Position numbers and translations under genes: made by a program. Positions 30,101 through 39,815 of a DNA stretch of 64,000 nt are shown here, one piece after another (position 1 is the first letter of the stretch; every line of letters starts with the position of its first letter). The notes beneath the pieces are model-generated. The model was not told the DNA's origin. It saw nothing but the letters and a program-made list of their open reading frames with translations, and ran no database searches. This stretch comes from Sedimentisphaerales bacterium. GTDB taxonomy: Bacteria; Planctomycetota; Phycisphaerae; Sedimentisphaerales; Anaerobacaceae. Location of the stretch: positions 2,784,001 through 2,848,000 of the forward strand of contig OY970194.1 of assembly GCA_963708075.1 (NCBI GenBank), read 5' to 3'.

Positions 30101-30972
30101 CAGATGTTATTGAAGCGAATCAGGTCCGTGCGAGGTCTTGTGTCGTAGAACAGACCGCCTCCGGACTCCGCCCCGCAGATGACGTTGTTGGCGACAACCA
30201 GGTCATCGTAGTAGCCAAAGCCGGCGTAGACGTTGCCGCCATAGCCGTAGTCGGGGTCATTGCTGCAGTCGTTGGCAACAATCGTGTTGTTCACCAGGTA
30301 GCCCGCGCCAATATACACGCCGCCGCCATCACCTGCCGAGTTGTGATAGATGATGTTGTTGGCAACAGTGCCCCGGCCTACGTAGATACCCCCGCCGTAG
30401 TATGCCGAGTTGTTGTAGATCACATTGTGCGTGATCGTGGGATTCGAGCTCTCGCAGGCAATGGCGCCACCACGAGTCGTTTCGTAATACCACTGGTTTC
30501 CTCTCTGCTCATCGACGTACGGCCCATGGTTGTTCCTGATCACGTTGCGAGTGATCGTCGGCGAACCCCAGGCGCAGTAGATACCGGCGCCGTAGAAGTA
30601 CTTATCATACTCGCCGGACCACTCGGCCAGCGTACCGACGCCTCCAGTGATGGTAAAACCGGTCAGGACGGCCTTCGAGCTCTCACCGTTCTCGAACGTG
30701 ACCACGGTCCCATCCTCGTCCGCATTGATGATCGTGTAACCCACGATCTTGGGGTTGTTCGGATCCGTGCTGGTCAGGACAATATCCTTGCCGCTGAAGT
30801 TGATGGTCTCATAATACACGCCTGGCGAGACAATCACCGTGTCCCCGTCGTTGCAGTCGCTGATTGCCTGCTGGATTGATGGATACTCGGCGGGAACCAG
30901 CCGGATGGCTGCATGTGACGTCGCCCCCAGTAGAACCGCCACGACAAGACTCAAAAACCGCACCTTCCTCAT
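27193..30972 (-). CDS. Large secreted protein: parallel beta-helix, PKD-like and beta-propeller domains
   Basis: Signal peptide; YPSIQQAI..., GGGIY repeats, DPLFV, SPCI.AGD; ADAG.DQ...LDG PKD-like repeats; P.ISG..VVW repeats; second beta-helix module at the C-terminus. Confidence 0.85.
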   Translation of the reverse strand: MRKVRFLSLVVAVLLGATSHAAIRLVPAEYPSIQQAISDCNDGDTVIVSPGVYYETINFSGKDIVLTSTDPNNPKIVGYTIINADEDGTVVTFENGESSKAVLTGFTITGGVGTLAEWSGEYDKYFYGAGIYCAWGSPTITRNVIRNNHGPYVDEQRGNQWYYETTRGGAIACESSNPTITHNVIYNNSAYYGGGIYVGRGTVANNIIYHNSAGDGGGVYIGAGYLVNNTIVANDCSNDPDYGYGGNVYAGFGYYDDLVVANNVICGAESGGGLFYDTRPRTDLIRFNNIWNNAPGNYGSQDPRTRELTFGENVDWTGLFGNISEDPLFVDVWNNNYRISPGSPCISAGDPTAIPASGAQDIDRDPRVFAMRVDVGADEYIGYVKPLADAGADQHVLAPEPITLDGGNSYFSDPNGARTFQWTQKEGTAVELSDATVTQSVFTPPAQGWYRFQLIVGDGQYTSNPDEVLVIVGNVPPVANAGPDSLLAIPARIDLDGSASRDADPPDQLVYTWTQIDGPDVMLRNAHSATPYFECHRPGIYEFQLVVSDGFVSSEPDTVKLQASSFTLSARPVMMTDYQQGSFFYPVVSGTRIVYATGDWQASSWAIHCKDTRTGKFDEFEGGGIDTMPKIDGNLIVWSGGPSADWEPVCTSVFLVDLAGGQPQYLRMGTATESFGYPNISGNKVVWLEHHNVNTRDYTRYDLTPYDICGADVTNPAKPVYFTIAEQAGRCPPYPYSNFDNARTDMLDISGNIVVWESSGDILGADISDLDHIKTFPICTAPERQYDPAISGRTVVWTDERDDIGDIYGADISNPEAIREFKVFAGPGWQLQPDIDGTLIVFSVGSESGGEIYACSISREYGIVPFVLPPLEGEDYSWYYGTGPTIDGTTIAWPQWERIQSLSLEFAYEVADGPVQNLGTGTSYDYIQHAVDAAAAGDTIVAQEGTYPEKLIFRGKDVTVTSTNPQDRRVRAATVIEGSGQLVTFADGEDSNSVLSGFTVSGGSFGVYCGASSPMISNCAIVNNTCAGIKLWDQATPTIMRSEITGNGTGVEMWEQRGGRFTRVNRATLQNCLIAGNRKDGIWGGRPTMQNCTIAENLGYGVNGMLLNANSSIIYFNNAGGQNLKVDATSVLTYSDIQGGWPGDSNIDADPLFVASGHWANPANRTAAPNPGDPGVKWIPGDYHLKSKGWTWDVTQGIWTSYQVTSPCIDMGDPSLSFDQEPKSEEGSPLWDRSGPNLRINIGVYGGTAEASLAPRPSF

Positions 30973-31114
30973 GGCTTACCCTTTCCTCGCTGGTTCATCC
31001 AACCGCACGTGACGCCGGTCCGCACCAATCAATGCCGCTATTCAGGACCCGCACAAAGATAACCTGGGCAATTGTAACTTGTTTGTCCGCAGACTTCCAG
31101 GGGATATCGGCATT

Positions 31115-31369
31115 CTAACGTTCAGGACCAAGATCAGAAGGGGCGGCGAAGATGCTGTTGGCGATCGTGGGTTTGGTGTCGCCTGCGAGTTCCATACCGA
31201 CGCCGAGATTCCATAGGGTATGGCGGTTGGAAACTGTGGGTGAAGAACCGGAGCAGTGGGTGCCCCTTCCCACGCCGGCGATGGGGGTGCCGACGCAGAA
31301 ATGGTTCGCATCTTCGCCGCCAGCTATTTGGCTCAACGCTGCAGGTTCATCGGGAACGACTGCAGCCAT
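31115..31369 (-). pseudogene. Degenerate beta-helix gene fragment resembling the neighbouring gene
   Basis: AGGEDAN...GTHCSGSSPTVSN...GMEL...PTIANSIF aligns by eye with FADGEDSN...GVYCGASSPMISN...GIKL...PTIMRSEI in 27193..30972. Confidence 0.5.
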
Positions 31370-31762
31370 AACTCGTTAATCCTCCACATTTTTCGGTCGG
31401 ACCATCCCGCGCCGACCTGTCACAGCACTAGTCCCGTCATTCTCAAGACCCCTAAGGGTCATATTCTCGAATAGACAGTCGCAGCTCTCTGTCGCTTTTC
31501 CTCAAGGTGCTGATCTATCTGCAACGACGCCCACGATGCTGGCTTTCCATACTATAAGACGCTGGACAAGGTGGATTGTTACAGACTTTCGTGTATTTTT
31601 TCTGATGGGTCTGTCACCCGGCAAGCATGCGGAGGATGTTGGGCGTTTCTGAGTTGAAAGTGAGGAGGAAATCACGATAATTGCGGCGGTCGATTGCAGA
31701 GCCCGTGATGGGCGGCTGCAAGAAGCATGAACGACGGGGGCCGAGTTCGAAAGGATACAAGC

Positions 31763-34700
31763 ATGCGAAGACAGGCGCGAGTGTTGCCAATCGTTCTACT
31801 CTGCTGTTCGCTTATTTCACCGTCCGGTTGCTCCAGGCCGGCGGCGAGACAGGCAAGCACGGGGGCGGATGACGCCGCCCGGCAGACCACGGACAAGTTC
31901 GTACGGGAACCGTCGCGGCAGATACCGATCCTCTATGATGTCGATGTCGTCGTGGTGGGCGGGACTTCGGGGGCCGTGGCGGCGGCAGTCGCGGCGGCCA
32001 CGGACGGGGCAAAAGTCTTTCTCGCCGCGCCTCGGCCGTACCTTGGGGAGGATATCTGCGGGACATACCGCCTCTGGCTGGAGCCGGATGAGGAGCCGGC
32101 ATCCCCGCTGGCCAGGGTGATGTTCGCCGAGCCCCAGGTCGCGACGCGGCTTCGTGAGAGTGTGCCGTTCACGTACGAGGCGGATGCAGAATCCGCCCCG
32201 CAGCACAAAGACTCTGCACCACCGTCGGCCCTTAAGGATGGCAAGTGGCACAGCGCCCCCTCGCAAAGTGTTCAGTACAACAGTGATGTGAATATTGTCG
32301 CGGACCTCGGCACCGAGCAGTCTGTCGATAGCGCCGCCGTCATGGCGTACCAGCGGAACGGCGAGTTCGAGGTCACAAGCGTCACGATATCGGTCAGCAG
32401 CGACAGGCAGCAGTGGCGACAGGCAACAGTCGTAGAAAATGCCAAGCTCGGGCAAGGCTCTTTCGAGGACACTGCGATTGCCCTTTCCGCCGCCGTCGGT
32501 CAGAAGGCCCGGTATCTCAAATTCGCTATCAGGAAGTCCCCCGCTGCCAAGCGTGTGCTCCTCGGGGAGATCCTCATTGGCAAGGCCGAGCGCGCAACTG
32601 CGCCGGCCCATCGAAACCCTCCGACGCCGATGCAGGTGAAGCGGGCTCTTGATGATGCGTTGCTCAACGCAGGGGTTCCGTTCCTCTACGGCTGCTACGT
32701 GACCGATATCCTGCACGACAATGCCGGCCGACCGGCGGGCATCGTTATCGCCAATCGCTCCGGCCGACAGGCGATCCGGGCCAAGGTCGTCATCGATGGT
32801 ACGCCGCGAGCCGCGGTCGCCAGGCTCGCCGGCGCCCACTTCGATCCGTATCTGCCGGGGACACACATATTCAAGAGGACCGTCATCGGCGGGCAGACGC
32901 GCCGAGAGGAGCACATGCGGGCCCGCAAGCTGCCCGCCCCCGTGCACACGGCGGATGGACACGCCTACGAGGCGATCGAGTACACGCTTGCCATCCCCAT
33001 GAGAGACGGCTCATTTGCCTCGTTCGCCAAGGCGGAGCAGATCGCCCGTGACCGGACCTGGGAGGCCGGGCAGGTGGACGCGTCGGAGACCCTGTTCCAG
33101 GTGCCGCCGGATGCGATGAGAGGCGAAGCGCAGCAGTGCTGCGAGTGGCCCGGGGCCGGCAAGATCGATCTCGACGTTTTCCGCCCCGCCGGTGTGAAGA
33201 GTCTCTACGTGCTCGGCGGATGCGCGGATGTGTCGCGTGAGGCAGCGAAGAGGCTGCTGCGGCCGCTGGAACTCATGGAAGTCGGAACTCGCGTCGGCTC
33301 CGCAGCGGCCGTCGAGGCCCGGCGTATTGAGTCATCCCACGGTGTCAAGGTTGCCGCACCGCGAGTCAGAGCCGCGGCAACAGGCGCCGTTTGCGAAGAC
33401 CCGGCGTGGATGCGGGCGGCGGGACATGCTGTGCAGATAAAGACAGGAAGATGTGCCGTGCCCGTTCTTGATCAGTATGACGTGGTCGTGGTCGGCGGCG
33501 GCACCGGCGGCGCTCCGGCGGGAATCGCGGCGGCCCGCCAGGGGGCGAAGACGCTCGTCGTGGAATACCTGCACGGTCTGGGCGGCGTCGGCACTATGGG
33601 CCTGATCGGGAAGTACTACTACGGCCACCGGGAGGGATTCACGAAGGAACTCGATCAAGGTCTAATCCAGCTTGGCGGCGAGGGCACAGGCAAGAGCGAG
33701 CCGGGCCAGGCGTGGAACAGCCAGGTAAAAATGGAGTGGTATCGGCGGGAGCTGCGAAAGGCCGGCGCGGACATCTGGTACGGCACGCTCGGCTGCGGGG
33801 CCTTCGTGGATGGCAATCGGGTCAAGGGTGTAGTGGTCGCTACGCCTGATGGTCGCGGCGTTATCATGGCAAAGGCCGTGATCGACGCCACAGGCAGCGC
33901 GGATATCGCCGCTGCGGCGGGTGCCCAATGCAGCTACATCGGCGGCGAGCACGTCGCCGTCCAAGGCACGGGGCTGCCGCCCTGGGAGCCGGGCGCCCGA
34001 TACACGAACACCGATTTCGATTTCATCGACGACATCGACGTCACGGACACATCCTATTCTTTCCTCGCCGCCAGGAAGAAATTCGGCAATGCATACGATC
34101 TCGGCCAGCTCGTCGATAGCCGGGAGCGAAGGCAGATCGTCGGCGATTTCTGCCTCTCTCCGATGGATGTGTACCTCGACCGGACGTTCCCCGATTCCGT
34201 CGTCCGGGCCAGCAGCAATTTCGACTCGCACGGCTTCACGATCCATCCGATCTTCATGCTGCGGCCGCCGGACCGAAAGACCATGCCCTGCTACGTCCCC
34301 TACCGCTGCCTGCTGCCCAAGGGCATCGAGGGCGTTCTCGTCACCGGGCTCGGCGTCAGCGCCGACCGTGACGTGATGCCGGTCATCCGGATGCAGCCCG
34401 ACGTGCAGAATCAGGGTTACGCCGCGGGGGTGGCCGCAGCAACGGCTGTCCGCGAGGGCAAGACCCTGCGCGAGATCGACATCCGCGAGTTGCAGCGCCA
34501 CCTCGTGCAGAAAGGTTGTCTGCCCGAGGAGGTCCTCACGCACAAGGATTCATTCCCCTTGCCGCAAGAGCAGGTCGCGGAGGCGGTCAAGTGCGTCGCC
34601 AACGATTTCAAGGACCTGGAGAAGGTCTTCGTCGCGCCCGAACAAGCTCTGCCTCTGCTCCAGGCGGCGTACCAGACCGCCGGCTCGGAGAAAGATAAGC

Positions 34701-35257
34701 TCACCTACGCTCACATCCTCGGCATCTTCGGCGATCCGACCGGTGCCGACACACTGGCCCAAGCCGTCGCCGCAAGGGACTGGGACGAAGGCTGGAAGTA
34801 CACAGGCATGGGACAGTACGGCCCGAGCATGAGCGTGTTGGATAGCCAGATCATCGCGCTAGGCCGGACCCGGCAGGTCTCGGCGTTGCAGCCCATCCTC
34901 GCCAAGGTCAGACAGTTAGGCCCCGAGCACGCGCTGTCGCACCACCGGGCCGTGGCGGAGGCCCTGGAGACGCTCGGCGACCCGGCCGCCGCTGAGCCGC
35001 TGGCCGAGCTGCTGCAAAAGCCCGGCATGACCGGCCACGCCTTCACGGACGTCCAGACGGCAATGTATGACATCCCGCCCAGTCCGACGGACAACACCAC
35101 CCGCGAATACTCGCTGCGAGAGCTCATGCTGGCCCGTGCCCTCTACCGCTGCGGCGACCGCGAGGGCCTCGGCCGCAAGATCCTCGAACAATACGCCCGG
35201 GACCTGCGAGGCCACTACGCCCGGCACGCTCTGGCGATTCTCCATGAGAAAGATTGA
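31763..35257 (+). CDS. Lipoprotein FAD-dependent oxidoreductase (duplicated FAD domain, discoidin insert, HEAT-like tail)
   Basis: Lipobox SGC; DVVVVGGTSG and DVVVVGGGTGG; VIDATGSAD; VPYRCLLP. Confidence 0.85.
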   Translation: MRRQARVLPIVLLCCSLISPSGCSRPAARQASTGADDAARQTTDKFVREPSRQIPILYDVDVVVVGGTSGAVAAAVAAATDGAKVFLAAPRPYLGEDICGTYRLWLEPDEEPASPLARVMFAEPQVATRLRESVPFTYEADAESAPQHKDSAPPSALKDGKWHSAPSQSVQYNSDVNIVADLGTEQSVDSAAVMAYQRNGEFEVTSVTISVSSDRQQWRQATVVENAKLGQGSFEDTAIALSAAVGQKARYLKFAIRKSPAAKRVLLGEILIGKAERATAPAHRNPPTPMQVKRALDDALLNAGVPFLYGCYVTDILHDNAGRPAGIVIANRSGRQAIRAKVVIDGTPRAAVARLAGAHFDPYLPGTHIFKRTVIGGQTRREEHMRARKLPAPVHTADGHAYEAIEYTLAIPMRDGSFASFAKAEQIARDRTWEAGQVDASETLFQVPPDAMRGEAQQCCEWPGAGKIDLDVFRPAGVKSLYVLGGCADVSREAAKRLLRPLELMEVGTRVGSAAAVEARRIESSHGVKVAAPRVRAAATGAVCEDPAWMRAAGHAVQIKTGRCAVPVLDQYDVVVVGGGTGGAPAGIAAARQGAKTLVVEYLHGLGGVGTMGLIGKYYYGHREGFTKELDQGLIQLGGEGTGKSEPGQAWNSQVKMEWYRRELRKAGADIWYGTLGCGAFVDGNRVKGVVVATPDGRGVIMAKAVIDATGSADIAAAAGAQCSYIGGEHVAVQGTGLPPWEPGARYTNTDFDFIDDIDVTDTSYSFLAARKKFGNAYDLGQLVDSRERRQIVGDFCLSPMDVYLDRTFPDSVVRASSNFDSHGFTIHPIFMLRPPDRKTMPCYVPYRCLLPKGIEGVLVTGLGVSADRDVMPVIRMQPDVQNQGYAAGVAAATAVREGKTLREIDIRELQRHLVQKGCLPEEVLTHKDSFPLPQEQVAEAVKCVANDFKDLEKVFVAPEQALPLLQAAYQTAGSEKDKLTYAHILGIFGDPTGADTLAQAVAARDWDEGWKYTGMGQYGPSMSVLDSQIIALGRTRQVSALQPILAKVRQLGPEHALSHHRAVAEALETLGDPAAAEPLAELLQKPGMTGHAFTDVQTAMYDIPPSPTDNTTREYSLRELMLARALYRCGDREGLGRKILEQYARDLRGHYARHALAILHEKD

Positions 35258-35420
35258 TCCCTGTAGGGGTACCCCCCTGTTGTCGCCCTATTCCGAGTGA
35301 GCACAGGGGCCTTCTCCTGCAAGATAGGAGCGATACTCTGGTAGACAGAGCCCGAATTATCGTCTACTATGTCCCCATGATTGAAATAACATCAAATGGC
35401 ATTTTAAGGAGGTACTGACG

Positions 35421-36455
35421 ATGGCAGGACAATATCGGTTTTCGTTTGGGCCGTGGAATATTCATGAGGGGGCGGACCCGTTCGGGCCCACGGTGCGGCG
35501 AGGCGTCACGTTCGCCAAGAAGCTCAAAATGTACAAGAAACTCGGTTTCGACGGCGTGCAGTTCCATGATGACGACGCCGTGCCGGATATGAACAAGCTG
35601 AGCCCGAAGGACATTACCAAGGCGGCCAAGGACGTCTATAAGGCTCTCAAGGATGAAGGGCTGACCGCAGAGTTCGTCGCCCCAAGGCTGTGGGAGGACC
35701 CGCGAACCATCGACGGCGGCTACACGTCCAATGATCCTGAGGCCCGTCAGTATGCTAAGGACCGCAGCCGCCGAGCTATCGACATTGCTGTCGCGCTGAA
35801 TACGAAGCTGATCGTACTGTGGCTGGCCCGCGAAGGAACGTACATCCGCGAGGCCAAGGACCCGAAGGTCGCGACGGATAGGCTGGTCGAGGCCATCGAC
35901 GATATGCTCAGCTACAATCCGGACATCAAGATTGCCATCGAGCCCAAGCCCAATGAGCCGATGGACCAGGCCTACATCCCCACGACGGGACATGCGCTGG
36001 CCCTGGGCTACCTGACGAAGGACGAGAGCCGCGTCGGTGTGAACATCGAGACGGCGCACGTGATCCTGGCCGGGCTCGATCCCTCCGACGAAATGGGCTT
36101 TGTACTCGCCTACGACAAACTCTACACGGTCCACCTGAACGACCAGAACGGCCTGAAATTCGATGAGGACAAGAGCTTCGGGTCGGTGAACCTGCGACGC
36201 GCGTTCAACCAGGTCCGTGTCCTCGACAAGTACAACTTCGGCACGCGGGGTGAGTTCGTCGGCCTCGATGTCAAGGCGATGCGAAGCCAGAAGCAGGACG
36301 TGGCGACGAAGCACCTGACGAACAGCCGGACGATCTTCCTGCGGCTCGTCGAGCTCGTCCGCAGTCTCGATCAGGCCAGGGTCGATCAACTGATCGCCGA
36401 CCGCGACTACGAGGAACTGGACATGCTTATCGTCAACCACCTGATGGGCAAGTGA
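35421..36455 (+). CDS. Xylose isomerase class I-like sugar isomerase
   Basis: DPFG, FHDDD, W.AREG, IEPKPNEP, NIETAH, KFDED; AAGGAGG RBS. Confidence 0.85.
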   Translation: MAGQYRFSFGPWNIHEGADPFGPTVRRGVTFAKKLKMYKKLGFDGVQFHDDDAVPDMNKLSPKDITKAAKDVYKALKDEGLTAEFVAPRLWEDPRTIDGGYTSNDPEARQYAKDRSRRAIDIAVALNTKLIVLWLAREGTYIREAKDPKVATDRLVEAIDDMLSYNPDIKIAIEPKPNEPMDQAYIPTTGHALALGYLTKDESRVGVNIETAHVILAGLDPSDEMGFVLAYDKLYTVHLNDQNGLKFDEDKSFGSVNLRRAFNQVRVLDKYNFGTRGEFVGLDVKAMRSQKQDVATKHLTNSRTIFLRLVELVRSLDQARVDQLIADRDYEELDMLIVNHLMGK

Positions 36456-36515
36456 ATCGGACTTATCCTCTGAGGACGCCGCTACAACTTGAGTGGCCGG
36501 GATAACGGATGGTAT

Positions 36516-36583
36516 GTCATTCCCGCGCAGGCGGGAATCCATAAGGTAACGGCTTTGTGGATCCCCGCCTTCGTGGGGATGAC
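36516..36583. repeat. Inverted pair of GTCATTCCCGC...GCGGGAATCC palindromes
   Basis: GTCATTCCCGCGCAGGCGGGAATCCA ... TGGATCCCCGCCTTCGTGGGGATGAC; same family at 283-307 and 494-518. Confidence 0.8.
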
Positions 36584-36636
36584 ATAGTCAGGCAAGTGGT
36601 TCCGGCAGATATCTGAATATAGGATTATCACAGGCA

Positions 36637-37401
36637 ATGACGACGAATGACAAAGTTGTCCTGAGCATCGGGGCGCATCCGGACGATGCGGAATTCATGT
36701 GCGCCGGCACGCTCGCGCTGCTGCGCGAGCGGGGCTGGGAGGTCCACATCGCCACGATGGCCCCGGGCGACTGCGGGACGGTGCAATACTCCCGCGAGGA
36801 GATCAGCCGGATTCGCAAGGGTGAGTCCGCAAAGGCCGCCGCGATGCTCGACGGGCATTATCACTGCCTCGAATGCGGCGACATCTTCATCATGTACGAC
36901 CGCGGGACACTGCTCAAGACTATCGAGCTGGTACGCAAGGTCCGGCCGAAGATCGTGTTCACGCTGAGCCCTTCGGACTACATGGTCGATCACGATACAG
37001 CCAGTCGGTTGGCCCAGACGGCCTGCTTCTGCTGCGGCGTCGTCAACGTCGAGACGCCCGGGGTCGAGCCCTTTGAGCCGATCCCCTACCTCTACTACGC
37101 CGATCCGGTCGAGGGCAAGGACAAGTTCGGCACGCCGGTCAAACCGACGATGATCGTCAATATCAGTAGCGTGATTGATACCAAAGAGAAGATGCTCTGC
37201 TGTCACGAGAGCCAGCGGGATTGGCTGCTCAAGCATCATGGGATGGATGAGTACGTCAACATGATGAAGGCGTTCGGCGCCAAACGCGGCGCCGAGATCG
37301 GCCGCCAGTTCGGCGAAGGCTTCCGCCAGCATCTCGGCCACGCCTACCCGCAGGACAATATCCTCAAGAAGGAGTTGGCCGACCTCGTCCACACGGCATG
37401 A
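36637..37401 (+). CDS. PIG-L/LmbE family N-deacetylase
   Basis: AHPDDAE, R..E, DH, H.SQ. Confidence 0.9.
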   Translation: MTTNDKVVLSIGAHPDDAEFMCAGTLALLRERGWEVHIATMAPGDCGTVQYSREEISRIRKGESAKAAAMLDGHYHCLECGDIFIMYDRGTLLKTIELVRKVRPKIVFTLSPSDYMVDHDTASRLAQTACFCCGVVNVETPGVEPFEPIPYLYYADPVEGKDKFGTPVKPTMIVNISSVIDTKEKMLCCHESQRDWLLKHHGMDEYVNMMKAFGAKRGAEIGRQFGEGFRQHLGHAYPQDNILKKELADLVHTA

Positions 37402-37422
37402 GAGCCTCTAACAAAATAAACC

Positions 37423-37596
37423 GGGTGCCATGCTTACGCTTGCGTAAGCATGCTTTGCATGGCGCATCGAACATGTCCGCGCAAGCGTGGACATGGCACC
37501 CAGAGCTTTGTCATCCTGAGCGAAGCGAAGGGTCCGGGCTCCGAATGAGAGGTTTCTCTAATTCGCGGGCCGGATGTTTCACTGCGTTCAGCATGA
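37423..37596. repeat. GGGTGCCATG...CATGGCACCC element followed by a GTCATCCTGAGCG...CAGCATGAC element
   Basis: 37423-37501 closely resembles 43137-43216; second palindrome at 37510-37596. Confidence 0.8.
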
Positions 37597-37633
37597 CACA
37601 ACGGTCGGTCAGGATGAGTCAAGGAGAAGTGTC

Positions 37634-38563
37634 ATGGCGAGAAAGTTGAGTATTCTGGCGCCGGACTGGTGGGATTACACGACGCTCGATGACGAGATCC
37701 TCAACGACGCCGCCCGGTTGACCGTGGAGAATATGGCCGCGCTCAGCCGTGAAGGCTTCAAGGCCGTCTTCTATGACACGCTCGAAGATTTCTACCTGGC
37801 AGAGGCGCTGGAGTACATCACAGCGTGGAAGCAGGCGACGCCGGCGAGCCCGGCCGGCATTTGCGGCCCTATCGGCCCGACGGAGCAGCTTCCGCTCGTC
37901 GCCCGGCTGGTGAACGAGCTGGAGGTGGACCTGCGAAACGCGCACTTCTGGGGTATGGATGAGTGGTATATGCAGGGCCGGGAGGTACCCCAGACCCATG
38001 CGCTCTCCTTCGCCCGAGCGGATCGCGAGTTGTGCTTCAGCCGCATCCGGCAGGACCTCAAGATGCCCGAGAGCAATCTGCATTTTCCCAGGGCCGACAC
38101 CTCCGCATACATCAAGAGCTGGGAAGGCGTCCGCTGCGTGGTCATGCAAGGCGGCCAGGGCGACATCAAGCACTGGGCGTTCAACGACCCCGTCCGGCGA
38201 CAGGGCAGGTACAAGGACCTGCCGCCGACGCCGCAGGAGTTTCGCCGGCTCACGACTCGCGTGGTGGACCTGCACCCCGTGACGGTCATGCAAAACGCCC
38301 GCACGAGTGGCGGTGGAGTCGTGACGAGTGTGCCCACGCAGGCGATCAGCGTCGGGCCGGTGGAGACCTGGAAGGCGGAAAAGGTCTCGATCTGGCAGGC
38401 GGGCACGCACGACAATCCGTTCGGGATGCGACTGACGACACTGATGATCGGCAAGCGAATCGCCGACAGCGCTGTGCCCATGTCCCTGCTGGCCGACCAC
38501 CCGAACGTGCAATTCAACTTTTACCGCCCCGCGATCGGCACGTGCGAGGCGGAGATGCATTGA
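37634..38563 (+). CDS. Glucosamine-6-phosphate deaminase/isomerase-like protein
   Basis: [35 protein letters not shown]. Confidence 0.8.
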   Translation: MARKLSILAPDWWDYTTLDDEILNDAARLTVENMAALSREGFKAVFYDTLEDFYLAEALEYITAWKQATPASPAGICGPIGPTEQLPLVARLVNELEVDLRNAHFWGMDEWYMQGREVPQTHALSFARADRELCFSRIRQDLKMPESNLHFPRADTSAYIKSWEGVRCVVMQGGQGDIKHWAFNDPVRRQGRYKDLPPTPQEFRRLTTRVVDLHPVTVMQNARTSGGGVVTSVPTQAISVGPVETWKAEKVSIWQAGTHDNPFGMRLTTLMIGKRIADSAVPMSLLADHPNVQFNFYRPAIGTCEAEMH

Positions 38564-38590
38564 CGACGAATAACGCATGGAGATAGATCG

Positions 38591-39796
38591 ATGGCTGTAG
38601 ATGTGTTGGTGCTGAATACGGCAGTGGTTGATCTGCGCCGGCCGGACTTCGAGTTCGCCGACACGCTCGTCGGCAAAGGCGGCCTGGCTAAATGTAAGAC
38701 CGCGGACATGCCGGGATACTCCCAGAAGCAGATCAGGCAATGGATCGAAGCGGGTTTCGCCACCGCCGGCGGACCCGGCAACACCGCCCCGCTCATCGCG
38801 AGGACCGGCCTGAAAGTCGCCGTCGCCGTCAATCTCGGCAAGGGCGACTACGGCGGCCTCGACGCCCAGGGCCGATACTGGCACGACGTCATGACCACCA
38901 ACGGCATCGACATGTCAGCCACGTACGCCCACCCCACCCTGCCCACCGGCACGACGTTCATCCACAGCATACCCAGCGGGGAGCGAGGCGGGATCGCGTA
39001 CTTTCCCAATGCCAACAACGACTTCGATTTCGGGAATTTCACGGACGCCGTGGAACGCCTTCAGCCGCGAATCGTGTACTATATGTACTCGGGCCTGTCG
39101 GACCGCGGCGATGCCAACGGCGGCCGGGACCTGGCCGAGTTCATCCGGTGGTGCCGCAGCAAAGGAGCCGTGACAATCGCGGACAGCCACACGCTGACGG
39201 GCAATCCGCATAAGCTCATTGCCGAGGGCAAGCCCGTCAAGGAATACCGTCTTCTGGAGCCGCTGCTGCCGGAACTGGATTTGTTCTTCACCTCCTTCGA
39301 CGAAGCCAGGCTCATCGAGAACACGCTCAGCCGAAAGCCGGCCAAAGGCGACATCAGTGAGCACGCGTACAACGTACACTTCCTCGAACTTCTGACGCGG
39401 CGGTTCTGGCAGGATGACGAACGGACCAAGCTGTTCGGCGTCACAGTCAGCGATGGGGCATACGAAATGCATCTGTGTCCCGACGGCCGGACCGGCTGCC
39501 CGGCCAAGGTGACTTCCCGTTTCATGGCCGGCGAAGTCGTGGACCTTGTCGGCGCCGGTGACTCCTTCCGGGCGGGACTCATCACCTATATCGCGAGCAA
39601 TCTGGACGCCTTCCGCAAAGGGAAGATCGATTTTGAGCAGGCCGTGCAGGCAGGCAACTTGTTCGCCTCGCTCTACATCAAGGCCCCGCTTGGCGACCGT
39701 TACGGCAATATCCGCCCCTACCCGAAGATGCTGCAGGTCCTCCGCGCCAAAGGAGGCTTCGAGAGTCTCGACACCCTGCGACGGGCACTGGATTAA
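38591..39796 (+). CDS. PfkB family carbohydrate kinase
   Basis: GGPGN.A, VVDLVGAGDSFRAG. Confidence 0.88.
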   Translation: MAVDVLVLNTAVVDLRRPDFEFADTLVGKGGLAKCKTADMPGYSQKQIRQWIEAGFATAGGPGNTAPLIARTGLKVAVAVNLGKGDYGGLDAQGRYWHDVMTTNGIDMSATYAHPTLPTGTTFIHSIPSGERGGIAYFPNANNDFDFGNFTDAVERLQPRIVYYMYSGLSDRGDANGGRDLAEFIRWCRSKGAVTIADSHTLTGNPHKLIAEGKPVKEYRLLEPLLPELDLFFTSFDEARLIENTLSRKPAKGDISEHAYNVHFLELLTRRFWQDDERTKLFGVTVSDGAYEMHLCPDGRTGCPAKVTSRFMAGEVVDLVGAGDSFRAGLITYIASNLDAFRKGKIDFEQAVQAGNLFASLYIKAPLGDRYGNIRPYPKMLQVLRAKGGFESLDTLRRALD

Positions 39797-39815
39797 GAAG
39801 ATGGAGTGACAAAGA

